This document shows positions 48,757 through 61,582 of a stretch of 64,000 nt of DNA, piece after piece. The stretch is from Laetmonice hystrix. Lineage: Eukaryota. The stretch covers positions 13,206,001-13,270,000 of the forward strand of contig OZ249445.1 in assembly GCA_965235115.1 (NCBI GenBank), read 5' to 3'. Positions within the stretch are counted from its first letter, which is position 1. The number at the start of each line of letters is the position of its first letter. The position numbers and the translations under genes are program-made. The notes under the pieces were generated by a model, which was not told where the DNA came from, searched no databases, and saw nothing but the letters and a program-made list of their open reading frames with translations.

Positions 48757-48762
48757 AATAAA
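48757..48762 (+). terminator. Likely polyadenylation signal of TRPC
   Basis: AATAAA about 90 nt after the stop codon. Confidence 0.5.
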
Positions 48763-49432
48763 AGAAAATGTGTGGATGTCCATTAGTGAACTGCCATTAT
48801 TTTCACTTTACTTTACTTTACTGGTGAAGTGTTTAGTAAAAACGTAAGCATGAATCTTTCAAACGTTGGCTTGGGGAGGAGGGCGCTAATAAATGTGCAT
48901 TGTTACCACACTGCGGGAAGCATACACTATTACAAACTATGAAAATATATTTCTCTATTAACCGTTACCAGTTATATCTTCAGTCTGATTCGCTTCGTTC
49001 ATGAATTATACAAACGGAATAAGCTCATCTACAATATATCCGCAAGTGCTTAGTGTACCGCCAGAATAAAGAGGCCCAACCTATACCAGGAACAAATGAG
49101 TAAATATAAGAAATTAGGTCTGCGGCAGATGCTGAACTAGACGACCATTTGTTTGCGCTGTTTTCAACAGCGGAGCGGAACGCGGAGGTGAAGCAAATGG
49201 TGTAAATATGTCATTTACACTTAGTTCTTGGTTCTTCGCAATCTTTCTCGAACCTCCCTTTAAAGGAGAAGTCCAGTCAAAAATCACATTTGGACAGCTG
49301 AAAGGCCTCTATATATATTCACCTTTCAGAGTAGTGGTTGGAAATAAATGTCCCCCTATTCCAAGAAGTCATATATTGAACATGACAACCGTGTCCAAAT
49401 CACTGGCTTCAGCAGCGCAGCCATTTGTTGCT

Positions 49433-49932
49433 ATTGGGCTGGCCGGAAGTGACGTTCCAGGGCTAATCTTTTGCATGCCAGGGCTAGGCTATATTAGGCT
49501 AAAGGCAGCCGAGGCGGGTGGCAAATCGACGGGGATCAGTCCCACAGTCACAGTCACAGTCACAACTAAGCGCAGCAGGTCTGTGCTGACCATGCTGACA
49601 CTAGCTGCCATTGCTCGCGGTCGTAAGAGTGGCGCCGGGCCTCGGGGGCCATGAGCTCCCGTCAACATCACACGAATCCAAGTGGGACGAATGCAGGCGG
49701 CCGAAACCCACGGCTGCCCAGATCCGTGTCCACCCTGACATCGGTAGGCTTTTCCTAGCCATTCCTCATCACTATCGATGGTTTTCGTCTATGTTCTAAC
49801 AAATTTTGCTTATAAGCTGTCAACGTTCGCTGCCTTCCAAATCGATCAACGCACCAGGTGCGTCAGTTTTTAGTTCCTCCCAAACTGGAGAGCAGTCGTG
49901 CTGCGCATGCTCGCCTAGGGCGATCATGCGCA
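49433..49932. promoter_or_regulatory. CpG-rich promoter-like region
   Basis: ATTGG (49433-49437), overlapping ETS-CRE composite CCGGAAGTGACGT (49443-49455), NRF1-like TGCGCATGC (49902-49910) and CATGCGCA (49925-49932). Confidence 0.45.
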
Positions 49933-51648
49933 GTTTGAGATTAGCCCAAGGAGCAGACGGTAATGGCGGCCTTCACCAGCTGAGCAGGTTGTAAGAAGCC
50001 TCCGGCACTAAAGTGCCTATATCTTAACTATCTGAGCACCAATTGTGTTCAAATATTTTTTAACTTGCTTAGAATATCACGGCATGTGTGCCTGACCTGT
50101 ACAGACTGGCGATGGTCTTTTCTTTTAAGTCAGGGGGCAGATAACTGATAGAGAGCAGTGCAGAGAGAGAGACCAGCTTGGTGGACTTATTGGTTGTTCC
50201 ATGGGGTGAATAGGCTGGTACGATCCATAGAAAACGGACGTGCCTGCAGAGATAAGTCTATCATTAATCATTCTTCACACCGCCTGATGACAGTCAGGTC
50301 AGATAGAGGAACGCTTCCTATGGCTTCCAGCAAGGTTTCTACCAATGCCAACCCGAGGGGAGTTCTGAAAGTCTTGCTCCACAATAATACTTCAGAAACG
50401 ACGCACAATGAGGAGAGAAAGAACAAAGAAACTTAGTCTATCCGTTTATCTTTTCATGAGAAGGCAGCCGTGCTGACAATGGCCTGACTGGAATGGGAAT
50501 TAATTAAATGGATTAAATTCTGAATACTATTGTCCTCATATGCTTATATTGTGGTGATTGGACACCTATTCGTCCAACAGTGCTAGCGGTCAGACTATAT
50601 GTGCCTACATGTAAAAGTTCAGTCCACTTTAGTTAGAGACCGTTAGACACGCTTCAAATGCATAAGGCTTTATTACTGCATCACCCAGCGAAAGCTGTTA
50701 AAAACATGTGGAAACACAAACCAACTCCTTGGTTGCACTGAGCCTCTGCCGAGCGTGTCTAGACATACCCCCTTCACAAACAGATAGGAATATGGTTTTT
50801 TAAAGAACCAATCAAATATCTGCTGTCGTGATTTTGTTCCTCATTCTCACGTATTCGTTACGAATTTGCATCCTCCCCGAGACAAATTAGGAAACCCCAC
50901 CAGAAAGATGATCTACTTAATTTTGATATTTCGGGAGCCGGTCCGTATTAGTGGTTAATAATATTGTCAATATGTAATTGTATATGCAAGGCTGCAGCGA
51001 CCACATATATGGCTCAGGTTACATAGTCCTTGAAAAAGTGCCATGTATGTGCATGAGCCGCCCTCCACTGATGTGATGGTGGATTACAAGAAAACGTCAC
51101 TCTATCGTCTGGAAGTCTTCTTTTTTATCATATATAACAGAGCCGCCGAGATGCTTGTTGTCATGGTCATATCCCCAGCCACCTTTGCTCACAACAAGGG
51201 GCTCGTATTGACACGGAGGTCGTCATGGGAGATACTCCTCTCCCCACCGCTAGGTGTCAGGACGATCTCGGCACGAGACGCCGAGCTATTTGAATGAGCC
51301 ACCGCTCCACGCGGTCTTCAGTTCGCTTCATGCTCACAGTGGCATTGCATTGGGCGTCGTAAGTGAAAACAAGCCCTAGAGAAATTCGAAAGAAACAAAG
51401 AAAAAAGTGAGAGAAAAAATAGAGTCTAAATCTTAGTCAGCCTTCTAGATTATTGGCTACTTTTTATCGTTGATCGGGGCACCGAGTCCTGCCTCGACTT
51501 TCTTTGGCGGGCCGACCGTGGATATGTACGGCGACTGGGCCGAGGGCCGGGGTGTCGCGGACCCAGTGGTGTCAGCAGGCGGGCGAACAGGGCGACGTCG
51601 CCAACATACGACGGGCGAGCGAGTCGGGCGCCCTCGGCTAGCGGTGCA

Positions 51649-51724
51649 ATGAGACGGCGGACTCCGCCGGGCGGGGGCTCGATCACCGCCTCCTGGCTCG
51701 TTCTCATGACGGTCATCTCTCCAA
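51649..51724 (+). CDS. Putative first coding exon (signal-peptide-like MRRRTPPGGGSITASWLVLMTVISP) of an unidentified gene continuing beyond the window
   Basis: ATG in a CpG island, basic n-region plus hydrophobic stretch, consensus donor GTAAGT at 51725, phase 1; no downstream exon found. Confidence 0.3.
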
Positions 51725-54194
51725 GTAAGTCAGGCGGGGGGGGGGGGGGTGGTCAGCTCACATTCATGTGAACTTCACTAATTGAACCAGGCGTTTATCA
51801 CACTTACCATGGGCAAATGCAAGTTTTATAATATACTATATTATTTTTACAAAACAGAAAGAAAGAATGAAAGAAAGAAGGAAAGGCAAAACAATAGAGT
51901 ACGAATCGTCCAGTGGAGGGTCGACAATGCTGAAACATTTCTCTCTGCTCAAGGAACAGTTTAATTGGTGCGGTTGGAGATATTTCCGGTAAATAATTAA
52001 TTAAGAGAATATATCATCCTAGCTAGCGTCGACGTATTATAGCACTGGTCCTTTGCTACAGTCAAATCCCCAACGTTTTGCTGGCAATTCTGTCATGAAG
52101 ACGTCTACCACGAAGTATGTTTTAATTGTTTGATATCGACTCCCACGTGTCAGCGTATAGGAACCGTCCGTTAAATTCAGTCGCACGCCCTCGCACGCGG
52201 GTGGATCATGGGCATATGGAAGGCTGAACCAGGGGGTCCATTTCCTTGCAATTCTCAGGTTAAACAATGAAAGCCAATCTCACAATCTCGAGTACACAAC
52301 AAGTAAATGTAAGGTGCAAATGAGCCACACCAAATGCATGCGTGTAGTTTAAAACATTTTTATATACCCTTCTCCACCAAACGTCCGGTCCACATCTGCT
52401 AAAATTACTTTGTTTGCGGAGTGAACACTATATATGTATAGGCCCGGAGTGCATGCCTTACCATTGGGAAGCCTATAGTAACAACGAGTGATCATGAGTG
52501 GTGCACTTGTAATATCCGGGCGGTAATTAAACTAATGACTGTCTACTACAAAATACAAGTGGGGATCGATTCGGTGACAGGGCCTGTCATTATTTACATC
52601 ACTATCGTGAAACGCGGGAAAATATTACAATTTGGTAAACTATAAAACACTTAGGTAATTAACGAATATCCTGTCAATTTATGAAGCGTGCAAGCTGAAA
52701 TGGTTCTTGGTCATATTAATAAGATCGCTTTGCCATGATTATACCAATTCAGTAATCAATGTTCATGTTGCCGTCAGTATTTAGACTGATAATCATGTAA
52801 TTAGGTTTTTTTCCTAATTACATGCATTTTCCAAGTCAGAATTGGCAAAAAGGGCCCAAAATGGTTTTTAGATTACATAATGTGCCGGAGCCGCCATTAT
52901 ACTTCTTTCTTCCGTACAAGTTTCCTAGTACTGTGCCCGTTTTTATCGAGGGTTTTATGGAGGGATTATATTTTTTCTCATTTCGTCTCATTTCAAGGTC
53001 TTGCTTCTAATAAAATTACATGCATTATGTTTGACACTTTCATCAAGTTTTTCCAGTATGTTGTTAGACATTGCGCAATTATACCATTTTCCCAGACTAA
53101 GCCAGACGTCAGACTACAATCCCGATGCCTATGATAATGTTTCCGCTGTCCTGAGGTATTAACTTACACACATTTTTCATGGCTTGAGAGTAATACCAGA
53201 GAACCCTTAAACTTTTGATAAAACCGCTCTCGGTGACGGAAACCAGGGTGCAAGCGTATCGACTCTCATCTCTAAATTAAACGCACAATCGCATTAAGTG
53301 CCCCTAGCAATTACGCCAAGACACATCAATCGTACTTGGCTTAATGGAGTCTTGAAATTAAATGTACCCCAGGAAAGAATACATTGTGTTTCTATACACT
53401 TTGGACCCTTAGTAGGTAATATAGTCGGAATCTCATAATGCAGTATGACTGGAGAAACAGGTTATCTCTCCATGGGGATAGGGATACGTTTTTGGGGAGG
53501 TATGGGAAGCTGTAAGGATGAGGTCTGGGACTGGGAAGGGTTATAGATTTTAGTTCTTAGCTATAAATTTGGTTGATATGTTACCGTGGGAATCAATACC
53601 GAGAATTCTGTTTCTTTGATATAAGGGGCCCTAATAACGCTACTTAAGACGGTAGCAAACACTTGGCAATACCATCCCAAGATGACATTCTGCAAGCTTG
53701 TCCAGTAATATTCACCTTTCACAAAGTTACAAAACTATAACTTATTAGAATAAACAGCAAAAAGGAGGAGCGAATTAAAAAACCTATGTGGAATGAGAAT
53801 ATATACATAAGCTTTGCCTTAGTTCAATACGACCCATGCTTATAAAATCGATATTCGTGAATGCCCCCAGAAAATGCCCTGAGCCTTCAGACAGCTCCAT
53901 ATAGTTCATCGCCAGTTGGAGTCAGTATTGCTGTCATGTAGGGCCATGTCCCAGACGGTCCACTTATCACCCCCTTGTTGGTTTCTAACAAATGTACACA
54001 TACCATACACAGCAGGTGTTTTGTATGCGTCACAAACGACGATAGAGCGCCGTGAACGTATGTGATCCAACCTTCTATCTGGATCTCAGACTGGGATTGA
54101 AATGTGTTGACTGAAACCGCCCGCGACCTCAAGCCAGGCGGCGTCCCCAACTCGATGGCGCCTGACTGTTTTCACAGGGATATCAATCTACTGG

Positions 54195-54233
54195 AGACAG
54201 ACAGACAGGCAGACAGACAGACAGACAGACAGA
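54195..54233. repeat. (AGAC)n microsatellite
   Basis: About 9 tetramer copies. Confidence 0.85.
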
Positions 54234-56081
54234 AATCTCGACTCTCGACCCGAGATATCTCGACCCGCGAGAGTGTAATACTTTTATATACTATGATACT
54301 TTTGGGCCACCATAGAAGACGGACACACAGAATGTTCTGAGTGCTCAAAGAAAACCAATGCTTCCCTTCTTTTGTAATCTGGTAGAAGAAAAGATCATGT
54401 GACCCTAATAGGTGAGCATGTTTAAGAGAATACTGGACCTGTATACATCATCTGAAATTTGCATTACCGACAATACCAACTTCATCTGGACAACAGAGAC
54501 CTGGCCATAATATGGGTGAAAAAGTAGAAAGCAAAGCCAGTGGGGATAAATGAGATCAATAAGCATGTTACGGCATTACATGGTAATGTTACAGTTTATC
54601 TCAGAGTAACAGACCCCAATCTTAACGTCAAATTTAAATATCTTGAATCGGTCATAACTTCTTATGAGCATTCGTGGAGAGAAATCAAAGGGCGCCCACG
54701 GTTGTACGGCTAGGAGCACTCCAAAAACACGGTGGAAATCTCATTTCATTGATGTGGCCTTGAACAAAATAATGAAGTTGGACGTTATTCAAAGAGATTG
54801 GAGAGAGAGAGAGAGCAGTAGCCTTGAAATGAGAGATGTCCTTGAAGAAACAAGCATTGAAAGCGAAAGTAGTTCATCATGGCAGTATATCATGGCTGTA
54901 GTTAAAAAGATTCCTTCTATATTCTATAAAACACATGGTCATGGAAGTGGCCCTTGTTATCTAATCTCAATTCCATTTTTTAATTAAGGACTTTTATCAT
55001 TGAATTTTTTCACTAAGAACTTATGTTTTGGGTACATTCATCGGCCTTTGCAAAGCCAAATCTGTACTTTCATGATCTAGACTGTTATGTTATGTTGCCA
55101 CAAATTCATCCTCGCAAAGTGCATAGATATTGACAACCGAATGTGTTGTCTGTCCACAAATCGATGATTCCTTGTGTATATCCGTTAAATGACTGCAGAT
55201 TACCAGAAACTTTGAAATCAGTAATGGAAGAGCACACAATACAAACACATTGATCAGGGAGCGGTAAACAAAGATTCCCATGGCGTCGAGTCACAGATAG
55301 TTTAGGAAATTATGATACTGCGATCCGACTCCCTGGGACCGAATAAAGTCGATATCGTCTTACAAAGATCACACTGAGATCGACCCTGACCTGCATTTCA
55401 AATATAGTTATCGGTAACCTGAAACTTGTGCATGTCCCTTCATTTTCGGTCTTTCTTCGATCTCTTTATTGGGATTCCTATTCTACAAATATAGTAGCTG
55501 AGCAGCTAGTGTACATGACGTAAAAGAAATTCGTGGTAAGCAATATGCGTCAACGTAACGCCGAGAAATCACCTTATACGGCGTTGTAGAGCTACTAGAA
55601 ACAGAATCTTACCATTTTATTTTTACAGACTTGAAAGATGTGACTAACACCGGCCAACATGGCTGTAATTCACAGTGTGCACAGGGCAGAGTGCCCCTTT
55701 AGACCCCGTCACAGATATGTGTTTAGCTTTCCTGAAATAAGTCCGTTCTTTCATTCTCCGTAACCGTCATCCTTGAATTAATTTAAAACAAATTAAAATA
55801 AACAATGCTAGTGCCAGCATGACAAGAAAAGTTAATAGGGAGCATCCTTGTCGACCGGTTTCTCTATCGCTGTCAGTCGATCACGATCACGGCGGTGGAG
55901 TGGAGGAAATTGAAGCGTCAAGTTGCAAACCCCTATGATCCAGCTCCCTTTTCTTACTGAGGCGCCGTTTCTACACGCACGCTTAATTACATGGGGGGTG
56001 GGGGGGGGGGGGGCTATGATTTCACGCCCCCTCACATCGCCCACTTCCCATCAGCGTTGTTCCGTTTCGTTTACTGAGCGC

Positions 56082-56872
56082 ACATCTGTTAGAATCCTCC
56101 AGTGGCACAACGGAACGGAGTCGGGTTTTAATGTTGAGTGGGTCACCCAGGCTGGGCAATGTTTGTCATCTGTTAGAATCCTCGAGCGGCACAAGCTCTG
56201 TGAACGGAGTCGGGTTTTAACGTTGAGTGGGTCACCCAGGCTGGGCAATGTTTGTCATTATGTTAGAATCCTCGAGCGGCACAAGCTCTGTGAACGGAGT
56301 CGGGTTTTAACGTTGAGTGGGTCACCCAGGCTGGGCAATGTTTGTCATTATGTTAGAATCCTCGAGCGACACAAGCTCTGTGAACGGAGTCGGGTTTTAA
56401 CGTTGAGTGGGTCACCCAGGCTGGGCAATGTTTGTCATTATGTTAGAATCCTCGAGCGGCACAAGCTCTGTGAACGGAGTCGGGTTTTAACGTTGAGTGG
56501 GTCACCCAGGCTGGGCAATGTTTGTCATCTGTTAGAATCCTCGAGCGGCACAACGGAACGGAGTCGGGTTTTAACGTTGAGTGGGTCACCCAGGCTGGGC
56601 AATGTTTGTCATCTGTTAGAATCCTCGAGCGGCACAAGCTCTGTGAACGGAGTCGGGTTTTAACGTTGAGTGGGTCACCCAGGCTGGGCAATGTTTGTCA
56701 TTATGTTAGAATCCTCGAGCGACACAAGCTCTGTGAACGGAGTCGGGTTTTAACGTTGAGTGGGTCACCCAGGCTGGGCAATGTTTGTCATTATGTTAGA
56801 ATCCTCGAGCGGCACAAGCTCTGTGAACGGAGTCGGGTTTTAACGTTGAGTGGGTCACCCAGGCTGGGCAAT
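56082..56872. repeat. Minisatellite, about 90-bp unit (84/89/90 variants), 9 copies
   Basis: gttagaatcc anchor at 56088, 56172, 56262, 56352, 56442, 56531, 56615, 56705, 56795. Confidence 0.94.
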
Positions 56873-57685
56873 ATTTGTGAGAGCCGACGGATGCCGATCA
56901 CAGTTGTAACTACACTAATAATCTCTCTAAGTGAATGGAGGGGGCAGGTCCTCCATCAATAATCTCCCTGACCTCATCACATCCCCACGTGACCTAATCA
57001 TTTACTTTGCCCGGAACCTTTGTTTCATTAGCCAGCGCTCACAACCCCGAGAAAAGAAGGTCCGTTGAGATATTCCCTCAATATGTTTTTTTCTTTTTCT
57101 ACCCACAACCACCTGCTTACTAGTATTCAGAACTTGGGTCAGGTGTAGTTCTAACTATTGCCGTCTCCCGTGGTAGTATAATTGAAAAACCCGGTAAGAA
57201 TGTATCTTGTTACTAGTCATGTCACTCACTCTGTCATCAGACACCAAACCTACAGCTCGTCAGGGCTAATGAGACTTTTTTAAAGAAAGAAAAAGTTTCG
57301 ATGTATCACACCTGTGATTATCTGCCATCGTACCTCTATGTAGTTTCTGGTAATAAGATAATATATAACCGTAAATCGGGTTTAGTATCTTTAAATATGC
57401 CTTAAATGTTGTGGTCACCTTTCTGACATAGACACCCTGTCAGATTACGGCAGGCAACTCTTGGACGAAAGGTGAAATGTTCAGAGTCGATTTGCATTCC
57501 ACGCATACAACTCGTGATTCGTGACAAGGCAGACTGGGCAGACGAGGTTTCTAGACGGACGGGGCATTTCGTAAGGATCAAGCCGATCTGTGGCTGAGAA
57601 CTTCGGACGTTTAAATGATATAATCCCATAGACCACCCGCTAATGGCGTTAGCCATTGACGAATACGGTCTACCGCTATATATAC

Positions 57686-57767
57686 CACTTAGTGGACATT
57701 CTATGAAGGGAGAAGCCTCGATCATATATGATCGAGGCTTCTCCCTTCATAGAATGTCCACTAAGTG
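57686..57767. repeat. Perfect 82-bp palindrome with no spacer
   Basis: cacttagtggacattctatgaagggagaagcctcgatcata | tatgatcgaggcttctcccttcatagaatgtccactaagtg; 41-bp arms, no mismatch. Confidence 0.97.
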
Positions 57768-58436
57768 CTTCACTGGGAGCTTGAGTTGCCCAAGGACTGA
57801 AGAATACTGTCTAGAGACAACCCTTACAGTTACACAGAGGATCACGACAGCTTTGTGACAGCTCTAAACAAAGACGTCTGGCCTCAGGTTCTTGTTCTAA
57901 TAAGTAAACCTTACAGTAAAAAGCTGCCGGACAAAATTACTTTCAGTAATACAGAAATACAGAATCGCATTTTCCTTTTATAAAATCTATGTAGACACAT
58001 ATCACAATATATCAGCATGACCTGCTGTATTCTTAATCCCGCTCCCAAATTTCTTTGTTAAGATTGTTATCATTCCATTCTTAGTATAAAAAAGAGTCCC
58101 TCTGACAATTCTTGACGGAATCCACTGTAATTACGTACATTCATGTGCCTATCGCCTTACAGATGGAATCCAAAGCAATTACATCCACCTGGGCATTGTC
58201 ACTTGGATATAGATGGTCATTAAATGCAGCTTGCCATTATTACACGAGCAGAAAGTATCGTATTATAATAATGTTCATCTGAGCATCACCACAGTGATAA
58301 ACGTTTGTCAATGTAAAACTTTAAAACCATCTGTCGATCATCACACAGATACGACATTCCATCAATTCTTCTATCTGCAGTAGTGTCCCGGAAGGGCATA
58401 CTTCCCCCCCCCCCCCAAAAAAAAAAAAATTCTTAA

Positions 58437-58867
58437 AGGGATGGAAAACATACACGGCAAATAAGGTTTCGTAGACCAAATGAAATACCAGCATTTACCT
58501 CAGGGCAATAAATGCCACAATTACGTTGTCTGAATGAAGTAATTAACGTCTAACTGCCCGATGTATGACGTCGCTGGTTCTAACCTTGCTCTGCTTGTGT
58601 GTTCATCACCTCGGACAAACGTTGGGACGCCAAACATCGTGTAGACAAGGTCTGTGAGCAGAGTAACACGTAATGTTACGCAATATGCCGTGGTGTGCAG
58701 CATTTGGCTCTGATGAACACACAAGCAGGTCAAGGTCAGAACCAGCGGCGTCACACGTTAATTACTTCATTCAGACAACGTACTTGTAGCATTTATGGCC
58801 CTAAGGTAAATGCTGGTGTTCCATTTGGGCTACAAACCCTTATTTGCCGTGTGTGTTTACCATCCCT
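58437..58867. mobile_element. Kolobok/T2-like MITE, 431 bp, TTAA target-site duplication
   Basis: TTAA|AGGGATGG...CCATCCCT|TTAA; long imperfect inverted arms (58437-58549 vs 58755-58867, and 58567-58608 vs 58711-58752). Confidence 0.82.
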
Positions 58868-59947
58868 TTAAACATAAAACCACTATGAAAATACTTTCTC
58901 CAAGTACAACGTGGTGACAGTTTACTTTCTGAAGCTGTAACATAAGGTGAATAACCTCAGTCCTAATTTGAGCGAAGTAGAATGCCTAATTATTAGAAGG
59001 TTCCCCATCACAGTTCCCTAATTACTGGTGACGCTTACACAGAATTCCCGACCGGCCGGCAATTAGCCCTCAGTCGGTTTGCTGATGACGTATAGAGGTT
59101 TCTCTACCATGAAAACACTTAGCCCCCGTACCCCCTGTGTCCTTCCCTGACTCCAGCTGTGCGCCGCTCAACGTCCACTAATTGCTAATGCGATACGGGC
59201 AGAATGTCCTACGAGTGTGCATTATTGTTTTTACAGGTTGTGGTGCTGCACAATGTAAGCTCACAATGTATGGCTCCGGTACAATCCTGATATAAATACT
59301 TATGCCTCCTAACAAGCGATTACAGACTAGCTCTTGTGGCCGCCTCCATACCCGCGTGTCGCATGGTTATTTTTTCGGGGGTCGGGGGGGGGGGGGGGGT
59401 CGGTCGGGAAAATAACCAAGGCATTGTGTACGTTTTGATAGGTTGACGACAGCTCTCCGTGTATTTTTACGTGTAAGCCAACAACTTTTTATCTTTTCTC
59501 CACATATCATTAACAGTCAGCAGCCCTATTCTGTTCATCAATTTCCTCCCCCCATATTTTCCTTTTCTCCTCCTCTTTCCTCCCCTTCCTTCAAAACTGT
59601 TTAGATAGACGTTTTCTAATGTGATGGTGATGAGCGTTGATGTAATCGAACAAGCCAGGATATAAAATGCATGGAGACTATATACAAGTCTGATATATAC
59701 GAGAAGGTAGACTAACAGTTATGGCGATTCTTGCCGGCCCAGACCATTCTCTACAGTAATAACACTGAACGACGTTTTTAGTCTAATCCACCACTCAGCT
59801 CTTTGAAACATGATACCTCACCAAGTAAGACAACCATTAAAGAACTCATTTCCCGTCTTAGAGCAGGAGGAAATTGAACCAGTCCATTGCACAAAACATT
59901 ATCCGTGTCACATGTCGCTTCTAAACAGAAAAACGCGTCTGGAGGTA

Positions 59948-60230
59948 CACTTACGGGGAAAAGTTTAATCTGATAATGTATAGGCCTAGTCCTGAATACA
60001 AGATTGAATGTGTCATTTCAAAGTCTGATTGCAAAAATGGAAATCTCGATAGGAAAACACCAATTTCTCGCACAAATCCTAGCGTATAGTACGGGATATC
60101 ATAAAAAGTTCATTCCTCGTCACGGGTCGTCGGAAGGACGTCAATGAAGCGGAGGATGATCGTGGGACTGAGGCAAGGAGGGATGACGGTCCATCACATC
60201 GCTGAGAGACTTGGAGTTTCAAAGACCTCC
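59948..60230 (+). mobile_element. Truncated Tc1/mariner remnant (left end + start of transposase)
   Basis: TA|CACTTACGGGGAAAAGTTT left-end-like sequence; frameshifted (M)GRRKDVNE / KRRMIVGLRQGGMTVHHIAERLGVSKT at 60122-60230 resembles the Tc1 N-terminal helix-turn-helix. Confidence 0.65.
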
Positions 60231-60308
60231 AATATTCCAGTTAGACTAGGTCTATTTAGTAGAGGATGTCTGAAGACATAGTATACTTCGTAGACACTTT
60301 TCTATATG

Positions 60309-60416
60309 CTCCCAGACCCCCCTTGCAGCAAGCTCAGCTTCGCTTGTCCCCAAGGGCTGGGACTTCCATCATGAGCAGAAACCAAACAACTCCACCAAAA
60401 TCCTGACTACGGCCTG
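60309..60416 (-). mobile_element. Fragment of a CAGGC(C)GTAGCCAGGATTTT-type non-autonomous element
   Basis: ctcccagacccc...caaaatcctgactacggcctg end motif; no partner end found. Confidence 0.4.
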
Positions 60417-61582
60417 CAAATTATTAATCTGAAGTTGTGTTGGTCTTGAAGGGTCAATCAGTGTTATTAAGAGAACAATTAATGTCATATTTGTAAATAC
60501 CTTCTTCTTCATGGATCACAATTAAATACATGTATCAACAGAACACACAAGTGTCTTTTGGAATGGTGAACTCAAGTTGTCGGACTAGACTTTTGTCCAG
60601 TATGCGTATGTCCAGTAATTTTACTCACCCCCCACCCCACCCAATCAAGATATCGACAGCGCAACAACAACAAAAAACAACTCATTTTAATCAACCTACA
60701 TGTAAGCAACAGCTCAATCCCACAATTAAGCTTGAAACTTAATGATAACGGGGTTTAATCATTGTACGAGATAGTAAAGTAACAGAGCTTCCAGCCATGT
60801 CCACTTCCTCTCGAGAAGCAACGATTGTATTTTGTACTGCACATATCTAACCCAGCGATCAAGCTAATTAATAAATTTCATAATCTTTTTTGCAATATTT
60901 CTCATTTGCTCAACATGTTCTAGTTTCTCTGCGAAGTTTTGCAATTAAATGACCATTCGCTTCAAACACTCGCGCTGTTTGTCCTGATAGGAGAACGCCC
61001 TGGAGGCGCAGAGTCAACTCGCTTACAAACTCATTCTTCGATGAACATGAAGATCACAGAGGAACCTGATATACCCATTAGTCCCGTCTTCAGTGAACGC
61101 CTTGCTCCTATAAGCTTACTGTATCTATACTTAGTCCGGTAATCTGCCGATAGAGGCCGCCCTTTTCCAAGCGTGAATCACTCTAATATGCTGGAAACAT
61201 TTTCTATTATTGTTTCTGGAACGTTTCTAGAATTTATTGTTATGTTCACAGAGGAGGCAAGTGTAAACCAGCTCAATAATCACCTAACAGTCCACAGTAT
61301 AATGGACAAACGATTTTGCTGCCCTGAGGCTGACGCACGTTTTGGCCTCACTCTACTTTAGCTACTTCACATTTTCCTCGTCTAGGGGCATGTAGTATAT
61401 TTTGATGGTTCCCAGTATGAAGGTGTTTGAAACAAGCAGGTTTATCCGTACTGAATAGAATAATGTAAAACATACAAGTAAAATCAAAATCACCGGACCG
61501 ACTGCAAGTATCGAAGACAAGGATATGTCTGTCTGAAAACGGATGTATCCCGTGCCCGTGTGATTCAGGTAACTACAATATG

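Noticed and set aside
49208-49671. 148-aa + ORF and 60-aa - ORF (MAASVSMV...)
   Set aside because: No homology recognised; the VTVTVT stretch comes from a (CACAGT)n microsatellite; the minus ORF ends without a donor.
51450-51716. 88-aa minus-strand ORF as a gene
   Set aside because: Arg/Pro-rich translation typical of a CpG island read in any frame; splice signals favour the + strand.
55923-56962. Long ORFs (246 aa, 146 aa) as protein-coding genes
   Set aside because: They are by-products of a 90-nt (multiple of 3) tandem repeat; no domain, no splice context.
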